A stretch of DNA of 64,000 nt from Chrysemys picta bellii (Eukaryota), in assembly GCF_011386835.1 (NCBI RefSeq), contig NC_088807.1, positions 18,910,001 to 18,974,000 of the forward strand, given 5' to 3'. Of this stretch, positions 1 to 23,785 are shown one piece after another. The notes under the pieces are model-generated. The model had not been told where the DNA came from. It saw only the letters and a program-made list of their open reading frames with translations, and made no database searches. The position numbers were made by a program, and so were the translations under genes. Position 1 is the first letter of the stretch, and every line of letters begins with the position of its first letter.

Positions 1-104
1 GAGCTGCTGTGACTGAGGCAGTAGAAGAAGGGAGCAGACAGTGGCTCCGTGGGGAGAGTGAGGGTGTTTCCCCGCCACAACCCCACCCCCTCACCCCACC
101 CTAC

Positions 105-11706
<11,602 letters not shown>

Positions 11707-11759
11707 GGCTGGGGACGGAGGGAACCTGGGGGGAGAGGGGTGGGGTCAGTGCCGCAGGG

Positions 11760-12465
11760 AGACCCTCCAAGAACGCCCTAGACCACGCCGCCCCCCTGAG
11801 AGACCCTACAATAACAAACCAGCCCCGAGAGACCCTACAATAACACACCAGCCCACACCACCCCCTGAGACACCCTATAATAACAAATCAGCCCCGAGAG
11901 ACCCTACAATAACACACCACCACCCACGACACCCACCCCCCTGAGAGACCCTACAATAACAAACCAGCCCCGAGAGACCCTACAATAACACACCAGCCCA
12001 CACCATTCCCCTGAGAGACCCTACAATAACAAACCAGCCCCGAGAGACCCTACAATAACAAACCAACCCGAAAGACCCTACAATAATACACCAGACCACG
12101 CTGCCCCCCGAGAGACCCTATAATAACAAACCATCCCCGAGAGACCCTCCAACAACAAACCAGCCTCAAGAGACTCTACAGTAATGCACCAGACCACGCC
12201 GCCTCCCCGGAGAGACCCTATAATAACAAGCCAGCCCCAGGAGACCCTACAATAACGCACCAGACCGTGCCACCCCCCTGAGAGACCTTATGATAACAAA
12301 CCAGCCCCGAGAGACCCACCAGTAACACACTGGACCACGCTGCCCTACTGAGAGACCCTACCATAATACACCAGAGCACACCACAGCAGGAAGACCTACA
12401 ATATCAAACCCAAGAAGCCACAGAGTGACCCTACAATAACAAACCAGCCTGTGCAGGCCTGAGAG
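11760..12465. repeat. Minisatellite built on GAGACCCTACAATAACAAACCAGCCCC units, MYH14 intron 1
   Basis: Many degenerate copies. Inverted copies at ~12975-13130 and ~60350-60555. Confidence 0.85.
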
Positions 12466-12773
12466 GCTCTGCCAGACAGTGCCCCACACTCCCGACCCAC
12501 AGCTCCCTGCTGTCCCAGCCCTGGCCCCTCCCCCGCAGCTCTGCGGGTGCCCCTCACTCCCGACCTCCTTGTATTCGAAGCGGGGAGGCCGGGCTGCGAT
12601 GGGGGGAGCTGAGCTGAGCTCCGGTCACTACAGCTGAGACCGGCCAACTCACGGCATCCGCCAGCCCGATTCCGGCCCCATGGCAACCAGACCCAGTGAT
12701 TCCCCCCCCACCGCCCACCTGCCCTTCCCTCGGGGGAGGGGCAGGCCCCCTGGCTCCCCCCCACCTTAGCCCA

Positions 12774-12821
<48 letters not shown>

Positions 12822-14959
12822 TTTTCCAGCTCACAGGTAACCCTAGCCTGGCACTAGGGGCCTCCCTGCCCCTCTCTCAGCAGGGGGGGGGGGGGGGGGA
12901 ATAAGCACCCAGAGGTCTGGGAATTTAAAACTCTTGGGCAGCGTGGGGGATTTCTCATTGTGATCTGTCCAGAACTGTTTGTTATTGTAGGGTCTCTCTG
13001 CGGGGGGCGGGGGGAAAGCCACATGGTTTGTCACGGTAGGGATTCTGGGGAGCACTGGGGGCACAGACACAGGGGTTGTTATTGTAGGGTCTCTCGGGAT
13101 GGCTGGGGCGGAGTACGCTGGGTTGTTATTGAGTAGCTGTGGAGTAGGGGGAGCCCAGGGCTGGGCTAGCAGGGGGCTGCGGGTCAGGAGTGAGGGGCTC
13201 TGACAGAGCTATGGGGTGAGCGGGGGCTGAATCAAGACTCTTGGGTTCTATCCCCGGCTCCGGGAGGGGGAGGGGGTCTAGTGGTTACAGCAGGCTGGGG
13301 GCTGGGAGCTAGGACTCCTGGGTTCTATCCGCGGCTCCGGGAAGGGAGTGGGGGCTAGTGGTTGGAGCGGGGCGGGGGCTGGAAGCCAGGACTCCTGGGT
13401 TCTCTCCCGGCTCTGCTACTTCTCCTGTCCCTCAGTTGCTTCGCTGGGGGGCAGCAGGGTCGGCCGGGGGAGGGGGCAGAGCTGCATTTCCCCATTCCCA
13501 CAGCCGGGGGAATCCTGCCCCCCCTCCACCCCCCGGCAGGACAAGTCCCAGCCTGCCCTCTCCCTGCAGGTGTTTCGCTCGTTGGGTGCACACGGGGGGG
13601 GGGGGGGGGGGGGTGGGGGGGTGGGGCTGGCTCCAACCCCCGAAACTGGCCCTTCAGCTGGGGAGGGTTTCACCCAGCCACCCCCTGCCCCAGAGTGGGG
13701 GACCTCAGAGCACAACCTAGGCTCTAATCCACCCCCCACCCCCGGGTGCGCCCCTCACCTGGCCAGGCCTGGGCAAGGCTCAATCCCGGCTTCTCAGCAG
13801 CAGCGCCCGGCAGAGCTGCCAGTCGCGTCACTGAGACAGGGAGGAGACAGGAGGGAACTGCCAACCCCAGAGGCTGGCATGGGGCAGCTCCTGGCACTGG
13901 GGAGGGGAGAGCCCCAGCCCCGCCCCCGCTCTGACCCACAAGACCCCACCCTCCTCCGGGGGAGAGAACCCAGGAGTCCTGGCTCCGAACGGGAGGCCTG
14001 AAGACACTTGACTGATTCAGAGCCCATCACCACCAGAAACCGAAAATCCAGCTGTGGGTGGGGCCCAGAGCTGGGCTGGCAGGGGGCTGCAGGTCGGGAG
14101 TGAGGGGCACCGGCAGAGCTGGGGGGGAGCCCAGGGCCGGGCTAGCAGGGGCTGCGGGTCGGGAGTGAGGGGCACCGGCAGAGCTGGGGGGGTCACTTGC
14201 CCCGCTGCTTGGACGCGCCAATACTTTGTATCTTGGCTGGTGTGTCGTCCCGTCCCCCCGCCCCAGGGCAGGGCAGGGCAGGGCTCAGCTCATTCCCTAA
14301 CAAGGAGCGAAGAGGCAGGTATGACTCCCCCGCCCTTTGGCCCGGACCCAAGGCAGGTGGATCTGGCGGCTCAGCAGGGCAGGGTGCAAATTCCACAGTC
14401 ACCTGCTCCAACTGCATCCGCCCAGGCTGGGGAGAGAACCCAGGAGTCCTGGCTCCCAGCCCCCCCAATCTAACCGCTAGACCCACTCCTCTCCCGGAGC
14501 CAGGGAGAGAACCCAGGAGTCCTGGCTCCCAGCCCCCCCCGATCTAACCGCTAGACCCACTCCTCTCCCGGAGCCAGGGAGAGAACCCAGGAGTCCTGGC
14601 TCCCAGCCCCCTGCTCTAAACCGCTAGACCCCACTCCCCCCAGAGCCAGGGAGAGAACCCCGACCCCAGTGATCGGCTGCGTCCTAGCCGACACCCCGGC
14701 CCTGGGAGGGACGGGAACCCAGCCCAGCCCCCACTCCCCTGCCAGCTGTGCCCAGCCAGCCCGTTAATTAGCTCATCAATCAGCGCCCGGAGCAGGCATT
14801 GCCAGGCGCGCCGCGGCTGAGCCAGAGGCCCCTGAGACACCTGGGGAACCTCCTGCCACTGCGCTGCTGCCAAGTGGGGAAGCTGGCGAAGCAGGTTCTG
14901 GCCAGGTCAGCACGTGGAGGAGACACAACACGGCTGGACCCACCGGACTGCCCTGGGGA

Positions 14960-15480
14960 TGGATCAGCAGGGGGCGCTCTCCCCGGGCAGGCAGGACGGG
15001 CCCCGATACCACAGGGCAGCAGGGAGCGGGGCGTGGGGGGCTCAGCAGGGGGCTCTCCCTGGGCAGGCAGGACGGGCCCCGATACCACAGGGCAGCACTA
15101 GGGGGCGCTGGGCTGCAGGGAGCGGAGGTGGGAAGGGGGGCTCAGCAGGGGGCGCTCTCCCCGGGCAGGCAGGACGGGCCCCGATACCATAGGGCAGCAC
15201 TAGGGGGCGCTGGGCTGCAGGGAGCGGGGGTGGGAAGGGGGGCTCAGCAGGGGGCTCTCCCCGGGCAGGCAGGACTGGCCCCGATACCACAGGGCAGCAC
15301 TAGGGGGCACTGGGCTGCAGGGAGCAGGGGTGGGAAGGGGGGCTCAGCAGGGGGCTCTCCCCGGGCAGGCAGGATGGGCCCGATACCATAGGGCAGCACT
15401 AGGGGGCGCTGGGCTGCAGGGAGCGGGGGGTGGGGGGCTCAGTAGGGGGCTCTCCCTGGGCAGGCAGGATGGGCCCCGAT
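14960..15480. repeat. ~100-bp VNTR, ~5 copies
   Basis: gatacc recurs at ~15081, 15183, 15283, 15382. Confidence 0.9.
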
Positions 15481-17689
15481 GCCTAAGGGGGAAATAATCC
15501 CTAGGAGACACAAGCAGGTTTTGGCCATCATGACTGATTCTCTCCCCAGCTCTGGGAGGGCAGTGGGGTGTAGTGGTTGGGGGGGGGGGGGGGCTGGGAG
15601 CCAGGACTCCTGGGTTCGCTCCCCGGCTCTGGCAGGGTCAGGGCTCCGAGCCAGGCCCATCGCGCGGGGGGGGGGAGGGGGGTGCTCTCTCAGCGCATAA
15701 TTGTGGTCTGTGCTGTGGAATGCCAAGAATGCCTCTGAGACCCACAGGTCGGGCTACGTCCGTCCCTCCCCCCCCGCCCCCCATGAAGCGTCTGGCCGGG
15801 CCTCCCCCCAGCTCAGCGGGCACCAGGCAGGGAGTCTGCCAATGCCGGGGGAGATGGGCCAGTGGGCAGAGAGGGGGCGGGATCCCGGGGTAGATGCGCG
15901 GGGGGTGGGGTGGGGGGGAATCCATCTCCCTGGCCTGTCCTGCCCTCAACCTCCCTCTACAGGAGCAGTTATTGCCTAGGGGGGTTGATGGAGGTGGGAG
16001 GGGAGTGAGGTCTAGTGCTCAGAGCCGGACTCCTGGGTTCTCTCCCCAGCTCTGGAAGGGGAGTGGGATCTAGTGGTTAGAGCAGGGGGGCTGGGAGCCA
16101 GGACTCCTGGGTTCTCTCCCCAGCTCTGGGAGGGGAGTGGGGACTAGTGGTTAGAGCCATGGGACCAGCTTGGAGGGAAACATCCCCACATCCCATTCCC
16201 TGCCCCCGCCAATCTGAAAGATCAAAGTCCCCGAAGGAAAGGCCCGGTCCCAGAATGCCCGGCGGCCTCTTCTCTCCCTTCCTTCCCTCCCCAACCCTGC
16301 ACTGTCACTGAAGAGACATCTCCCGCCCATCTCCCCACCGCCCATCTTCCGCCCCCCCCACCCCCCTGGCTCCCCGATCCCGACGCGCCAGCTAATTGGT
16401 CTGGCAGCCTCCCCTCGGGCTCAGGGCTCCTGCCAAGAACTCGAGGGCCGGCCGCCTATTTTCGGTGCAAAAGGAGCCGGGGATATAAATACAGCCGGCC
16501 CGGCGCCCAGACGCCCCAGTGACGGGCGCCCTCCCTCCCGGAGATGGGGCCCTCCCATCCCCACCCTCATCCCTTTCAACCGGACGGGGGCCCCCGCTCC
16601 GCCCCCGCCAGTTTGAATCAGCTGCTGGCTACGATTCCCGTCCCCACCACGGCCCAGTGCCGCTCAGAGCCTAACCCAGTCCTTACGGCTGCAGCTCCAG
16701 CCCGAGACTGGCTGGGCCTGGCAAAACGGCGCAGGGGGGATTTGATACGGTGCAATTCTCTCCAGGGTGCCGGGCCTGGGGAGAGGGGCCTGTACTGGGA
16801 GAGCAGCCTGCAAAATCTAGACGCGTGGGGACTTCTCTCCCGGTATGAAAGGGGCCCTACCCCGGGGGAGTTTATTCCAGCAGGTAGACCCGTGCCAGCA
16901 CTTTTAGCTCGGTATAACCGCCCCCACATTCAGCTGGGCTGGGCTGGCACGAGCCAGCAGGAGTTTGGTGCGCCAAGCAACGCGGGTACCCGATGCCACA
17001 CAAAATACCCGCGAGCACTCAGGTCGTACATAAACTTCCGGGCACAAGCCGCTGCGTTTGCCAGGGCCGACCCACCGCGGCTAGAAACCAGCCCCTCTCC
17101 TGGGACGCGGGGCCCACGGCCCAGCAAAACAAGGACAGATGTCTTGCCAGTCGCCAGCGTCGCTCAGCACGCGAGGGAGTGGGGAGGGCAGAGCCGCCGG
17201 CTCACGGACTTAACTCCTATGGAAAGCTAAGAGTCCGGGCGTCTTTTCCCCCAGGCACAAACCCGCCTCAGTCCCACGCGCGGAGTGGCACCGAAAAGCC
17301 TTCCCCGGCCTACATGCCAACACGGGAATTTCCCCCCGCGCCGGGGGAATTTCATGCCACGTTCTGAGCCGCTTTGGCCAGCATAAGCCACAGAAAAATT
17401 CCAGCCTCTCTCGCCCTAAGAGACCCCGCTTTGGGGGCTCAAGGTGCCTGGCCGGCCTGGTTCCTCTCCTCCGAATGGCTCCAGGTCGCAGGCTCTTTGC
17501 CCCGGGCATGCGAGCGAGACACGGACCCGCTGGAGAGCAGGTTCCGTTCCCCACCCCACCCGCCAGATCTCGCCTGGAAAGGGAATCGTGGCATGTCATT
17601 GCACAGGAACAAACCGAACTCGGCCTTGCCCCAGGCCGGCCCCTGGGGTCGGACAAGGGAACCCCCAGGCTGGCACCCTGCTGAGCATA

Positions 17690-18060
17690 AGGGGACCCTA
17701 GGGACCGGATAATGGGACCCCCCACTGCGGATAACAGGACCCCAGGGACCAGATAACGGGACCCCCCAGGCCAGCCCCCTGCTGTGGATAACAGGACCCC
17801 TGGGACCAGATAACGGGACCCCCAGGCCAGCCCCCTGCTGTGGATAACGGGACCCCCTGGCCCGGCTCCCTGCTGCAGATAACGGGACCCCTGGGACCAG
17901 ATAACAGGACCCCCGGGCTGGTCCATGCTGCGAATAACGGGACCCCCAGGCCCGGCTCCCTGCTGCAGATAACGGGACCCCTGGGACGAGGTAACAGGAC
18001 CCCCGGGCCGGGTCCCTGCTGGGGATCACGGGCCCCCTGGGACCGGATCACGGGCCCCCC
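17690..18060. repeat. Degenerate GATAAC(A/G)GGACCCC tandem repeat
   Basis: Motif repeated about 10 times. Confidence 0.8.
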
Positions 18061-18107
18061 CATTCCTCTCACGGGCCGGGACCGGCGCCCGCCTGCGCTG
18101 GGGTTAC

Positions 18108-18750
18108 CTGAGCAGGGCCGGAGGAAGGTGTCCGGGCCGGGGAGGTGTTGGCCGCGGAGGGGGCGCAGCTCTCACGGGCTATTGACAAGGCCGAGCCGTG
18201 CTCACTGGCCCGGAGAGGCAGCCGGGTGATTATGTAAATTTATGTAAATTTATGCAATTAGATTATTGCATTTTTGGAAGCATCCAGGCCCAAGCCCCCC
18301 CCCCCCGCCAGCCGGGTGCCCCCCCAGGAGAGTGGGGGAGGGGACAAAGCCAGGCCCCCCCGGTCCCCCCACATCAGCCCAGGTGCTACCGGTCCAGCGG
18401 CCAAGGAGCTACTGAGCTGTCCCGGACTGGGGGGAGGTGTCCCCGTGCGCTGGCCCCGCCCCCTCCGGAGGCAGCCCACCAATGGCAGGGGGGTGGGACC
18501 CTACAGCCGCCCTGAGATAGGTTGGTGGGGGGAGGAAGGCCACGCCCACTACGGCGTGGGCGGGAGGTGAAGGTGAGTGGCAGGGGCTCTGGCCAATCGG
18601 CGGAGGGGAAATGCTTTTGGGGTGGGGCGAGTGGAAACTGAATGGGGCGCTTTGTGTGAAGCTGGGGGGGGACGGGGGATGGAGGGATCAATGGGGCCCA
18701 TTGTCTGGGGCCCAGAGTCGGGGGGGGCAGATAGTCATTGGACTAGCAAA
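18108..18750 (-). promoter_or_regulatory. Candidate MYH14 non-coding exon 1 (donor after 18108) and promoter
   Basis: Strong donor CTCAG|GTAACC at 18108/18107. Upstream CCAAT boxes (~18479, ~18592, ~18737), GC/KLF boxes (GGCCACGCCC ~18540) and raised CpG. Position inferred, no transcript evidence. Confidence 0.5.
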
Positions 18751-18806
18751 GGTCCCCCTCCCACCGCAGGCGCGGAACCCAGGAGTCCTGGCTCCCAGCC
18801 CCCCCA

Positions 18807-18845
<39 letters not shown>

Positions 18846-19794
18846 CTGCCCCTGCTCTAACCACTAGACCCCACTCCCCTCCCACAGCTGGGAACAGGAC
18901 CCCAGTCTCCCCTGCACAGGTCCCAAGCGGCTGCCGGGCTCGACCCTCTGTCCGAATCCCCTGCACATGGAGCACCAAGCCGGCACCCCCCCACCCGCCC
19001 AGCCCCCCTGGGCCGGCTCACTCGCCCCCCGGGCCGGCTCGATCATCTCCCCACTGCCCAGCCCCCGGGGCTGGCTCACTCACCCCCCCCCCCACTGCCC
19101 AGCCCGCCCCAAGCCGGCTCGCTCACCCCCCCGTCACTCCCCCCCGGGCCGGCTCACTCACCCCCCACCCCCACCACCCAGCCCCCCGGGCCAGCTCGCT
19201 CACCCCCCACACCCAGCCCCCCAGGCCGACTCGCTCACCCCCCCACTGACCAGCCCCCCAGGCCGACTCGCTCACACACCCCCACCCAGCCCCCCGGGCC
19301 GGCCCGCTCACCCCGCTGCCCCGCCCAGCGGCTCTAGGTTCCCCTGAGCTCTTGTGGCTTGAGCCGCCCAGGGGCTGGAACTGGCTGCTGCCAGGCTGGG
19401 GTGGCTCCTGCGCCTGCCACGGACCCGGACCCAGCCTGCAATGACACAGCCCCAGCTGCCGGGCCCCGGGAGCCCAGCACCAAGCCTGGGAATTCAGTGG
19501 CTTTGGCTGGCAGGAGGAGCCGGCCTGGCAACCCCCCCACTCCCTGCCCAGCCACTCTGTGCCACCCCCACCACAGCCCCCTGCGGTCACCCCCAGCCCG
19601 GGCACCAAGCAGCATCAGGAGGTGGGGTCTTCCCATGCCACCAAGAGGGGACACGCCCTGCTGCCAGGCTCAGGGGGGCCACGGCAAAGCTGGGGCTACG
19701 TTATACGTCCCCTCCCACCCGTTGTCCGGTTAGACTGGGTGAGCGTTGGGACGGGGAATCTCTCTTGCTCTATCTGCCTGGAGCAGCACCCGGC

Positions 19795-19945
19795 CCAACG
19801 GGGCCCCGATCTCGGCGACTCTGTGTCTGGGCAGCGCCCGGCCTGACGGGGCCCCGATCTCGGCGACTCCGTGTCTGGGCAGCGCCTGGCCTGACGGGGC
19901 CCCGATCTCGGCGACTCTGTGTCTGGGCAGCGCCCGGCGCGACTC
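19795..19945. repeat. 48-bp tandem repeat (~3 copies) just upstream of IZUMO2
   Basis: gggccccgatctcggcgactctgtgtctgggcagcgcc units. The same unit occurs in reverse at 53025-53175. Confidence 0.85.
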
Positions 19946-20114
19946 TGTACCCACACACCCCTCCGCCCACACCATACCTGCAACCCCCTCTGCCCACACC
20001 GTACCCACAATCCCACACTGCATTGTGATGTCATTCTCGCCCCGAGGATTCTCCCTGGTGCCTGGCGCGCAGCAGGGCTGAGAACGGGTAGAACTTGTCA
20101 TGCCGGGCTGCACC

Positions 20115-23100
20115 ATGGCGCTCTTGGCTCCCCTCGTGCTGGGGGCCTGGCTGGCGGCGGGCGCCGGGGGCTGCCTGCAGTGCGACCGGCAGATCCGCAG
20201 CACCCTGGAATCGCTCCGCACCGGCCTGGTGCCCCGGCAGATCCGCGACAGCCGCCTGCGGGCACGGGCCCAGGCCCTGCTGCGCGGCATGGAGGGCGGG
20301 TTCTTCCGCCACTACGCCACCAGCCAGTTCGCGGGCACGGCCGGTAGGGGGCACGGCCCAGGGACCTCTGGGGGGGCACGACTGGGGGTATCCAGCGGGC
20401 ATGGCCTGAGGACAATGCATGGGGGGGGAGCCATAGGGCAAAGGGATGAGGTATGAATCCACCAACACTCCACTGTCCCCTCTGTACCCAACCCCCTCCC
20501 CCCCACACACTGCCCTGGCAGTCAGGGCTGGCCCCAGGGCAGCGCTAGGGGGCGCTGTGCTGCAGGGGGCGGGATGTGGGGTGGGCGCCACAGTCCACCT
20601 GGGGCCGATGTTTTCTCCCCCTCCCAGCTCTGAGCAGCATCAACGCCCTGATCCACCGCGTGAGGCTGACGGCAGCCGGCCTGGAACGAAGCGCCCTAAC
20701 AGGTGACAGCCCCACAGTCCTGCACCCCCAGTGCCCCCCAGTGCCCCCAGCATTCCACAGTCCTGTGCCCCACAGTGCCCCCAGCACCCCACAGCGCCAC
20801 CAGTGCCCCACAGTCCTGCACCCCCAGTGCCACCAGCGCCCCCTGCGCCCCCCCAGTCCTGCACCCCCCAGTGCCACCAGCACCCCACAGCACCACCAGC
20901 GCCCCCCAGTCCCACACCCCACAGCACCACCAGCACCCCAGTGTCCCCCAGTCCTGTGCTCCACAGTGCCCCCAGCACCCCACAGCATCCCCCAGTCCCA
21001 CACCCCACAGCTCCCCCAGCATCCCACAGCACCAGCAGGGCCCCATGGTCCTGCGCCCCACAGTCCTGCACCCCACGGTACCCCACAGCCCCAAGCCCCA
21101 CAGCCCTCCCCCCTCCACCGGAGTCACTTCCCCATCTGTCCCCAGACCAGGCCCTGCTGGACGCGCTGGTCGCTTTCAGGCGCAGAACGACCATGGAGCT
21201 GAAATCGGCTCTGAAGGAACATCAGGCAAAAGGTACCAGCTCCCGGGGTGGGGGTGGGGGGGCTGCCCCTCTGCCCTGGGCCCCTTCCTCCAAACCCCCC
21301 AATCCCCCAGTTCTGGGGGGCCCTTCAGTCACAGTCTGGGGCTACAATCGGTTTTTCTCTCTCTCTCCCCAGCTTGTAACCCCAAAACCTGTGGTAAGTT
21401 GACTTTCCATCGCTGCTCGGGGAATGGGGCAGGGGGCCTGTCCCCCTAGGGGGCGCCGGCCCCGATCTGGCCCGGGGGGAGGAACTGGCTGGTTCGGGGT
21501 CAAGGAATGGGGCGGGGGGGGGCTGGCTGGGGGCCTCACACTTTCCCCCTTCCCAGGCTGGCTCTACTATGACGTCTTCGACTGCACCAGTTGCAGGAAG
21601 GCGAAAGCCGTGTGTCTGAAGCAGCACCACTGCCTTGGTAGGGGGGAGTTGGGGGGCAGGGGGTGGGGGGCAGGGAGAGGTTGGGGGCCATGGGCAGATG
21701 AGCACGATGTCCAGCGAGGCTGTGGGGTGCAGGGTCGGGGGAGGGTATGGGGGCTCCAGGAGGGCCGTGGGGCAGGGAGGGGCATGGAGCTGATGCCCGG
21801 GGGATATCACTGACCCCAGCCCCCCACGTGGGGGAGGGGGAGGGGAGGGGAGGGGGGCAGACAGCAGGTGTGGGGGGTACCCAGGAGGGGCCTTCAGCTC
21901 TGTCAGCTCCTAACCTCCCTCCCCAACACAGTGGACTCCCAGGCCCGGCTCTCCCTGCGGTACCGGCCCCCGGCCCCTGGCCCGGCCATCGCCCGGACCG
22001 GCGTCTCTGTGGTGCTGTGCATGGGTGCCCTGCTCTTCCTGGCGCTGAGCGTCGCGTGAGTGTGAGGAACCCGCGCCCCCCAGAGCCGGCCGCATCCCCA
22101 CACCCCCCAGAGCTGGCCGCATCCTCCGTGTCCCGTCCCCCCCCCCGAGCTGGCGGCATCCCCTGAGACCCCCTCCCAGAGCCAGCTGCATCCCCCGAGA
22201 CCCCCCCAGAGCCACCCTCCCCCGAGCTGCCCGCATCCCCTGAGACCCCCCAGAGCCAGCCGCATCCCCCGTGCCCCCCAGAGCCAGTTGCATCCCTTCA
22301 GACCCCCCAGAGCCGGCTGCATCCCCCGCGCCCCCCAGAGCCAGCTGCATTCCCTGAGACACCCCCCCCAGAGCCGCTGCATCCCCCGCACCCCCCCAGA
22401 GTTGGCCACATCCTCTGTACCCCCGAGAGCCGGCCTCATCCCCCGCGCCCCCCAGAGCTGGCCGCATCCTCCGTGTCCCCCCCCCCGAGCTGGCTGCATC
22501 CCCTAAGACCCCCTCCCAGAGCCAGCTGCATCCCCCGAGACCCCCCAGAGCCACCCTCCCCCGAGCTGCCCGCATCCCCCGTTCCCCCAGAGCCAGTTGC
22601 ATCCCTTCAGACCCCCCAGAGCCAGCTGCATCCCCCGCGCCCCCCAGAGCCGGCCGCATCCCCCACGCCCCCCAGAGCCAGTTGCATCCCATGAGACCCC
22701 CCAGAGCCGTATTCTCTGAGACCCCCCCAGAGCTGGCCGCATCCCCTGAGACCCCCCAGAGCCGGCCGCATCCCCTGAAACCCCCCTGGGCTGGCTGCAT
22801 CCCCTGAGACCCCCCAGAGCCGGCCGCATCCCCCGCGCCCCCCAGAGCCGGCTGCATCCTCCATGCCCCCCCCCCCGGGCTGGCTGCATCCCCTGAGACC
22901 CCCCAGAGCCGGCCACACCCCCTGAGACCCCCCAGAGCCGGCCGCATCCCCTGAAACCCCCCCGAGCCAGCTGCATCCCCTGAGACTCCCCAGAGCCAGC
23001 CACGTCCCCTGAGACCCACCTGAAACTCCCCAGAACCGGCTGCATCCCCAATGGCCCCCCAGAGCCGGCTGCATCCCCCGCACCCCCCCAGAGCCACCTA

Positions 23101-23343
23101 CATTCCCCTCCCCCCAGAGCCAGCTGCATCCCCCGCACCCCCCCCAGAGCCACCTACATTCCCCTCCCCCCAGAGCCGGCTGCATCCCCCGCACCACCCC
23201 CAGAGCCGGCTGCATCCCCTGAGACCCCCAGAACAGCTCCATCCCCCGCAAGCGAGCGATCGCTGTCCAGGCCAGTCTGACTCTGTCTCTCGCCCCCCAG
23301 GGCCGTCACCTACTGGAGGAACCAGCAGTCCCTGAGGCAGTAG
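20115..23343 (+). CDS. IZUMO2: Izumo sperm-egg fusion protein 2 (219 aa; signal peptide, 8-Cys Izumo domain, TM)
   Basis: Exons 20115-20343, 20628-20702, 21146-21232, 21373-21393, 21557-21637, 21932-22055, 23301-23343, all GT-AG and in frame. GCLQCD...LLRGMEGGFFRHYA...ACNPKTC...VFDCTSC...VDSQARLSLRY...TYWRN matches recalled human IZUMO2 motifs. Kozak caccATGg; an in-frame upstream ATG at 20100; ATTAAA at 23495-23500. Confidence 0.9.
20705..21110. repeat. C-rich degenerate VNTR in IZUMO2 intron 2
   Basis: ccccacagtcctg / cccccagtgcc units. Confidence 0.8.
22070..23250. repeat. Long CCCCAGAGCCGGCTGCATCCCC VNTR in IZUMO2 intron 6
   Basis: Dozens of ~25-30-bp degenerate units; source of the long Gly-rich spurious ORFs. 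Confidence 0.9.
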
Positions 23344-23785
23344 CGCCCACACACGCACCCCGACCTGGGCCCGGCACCCGCCTGGGGACAGGGCTGGAAG
23401 GATGCTGGAGCCGCCGAGGTGGAGATCGCAGGCAGGAGGCGCTAGCTCCAGCCCCCAGCCCCCAGATCTCAGACCCCTCCTACCCCAGCTTGAAATTAAA
23501 CACAGACAACAAGGTTTTGGGTAGGGCCCTGGCTTCCAGCCCTCACCCCCTTCCCCGCTCTAACCACTAGACCCCACTCCCCTCCCAGAGCCGGGGAGAG
23601 AACCCAGGAGTCCTGGCTCCCAGCCCCCCAGCTCTAACCACTAGCCCCCACTCCCAGTGAGGAATTATGTACAAACTACACCAGTATTTTATTTCCAGGC
23701 TTACACTGGGGAAGCCATGGGGCCTGGCATGCCCAGGTGGGGGAGGGGCTGGGTCCTGCTGCCCCCTTGTCAGTCCCTCACCTGG

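Noticed and set aside
16455-16500. TATAAATA box on the plus strand within MYH14 intron 1
   Set aside because: No downstream exon structure or recognisable product; could be an enhancer or chance.
21910-23251. Gly-rich ORFs up to 395 aa
   Set aside because: Antisense translation of the IZUMO2 intron-6 VNTR.
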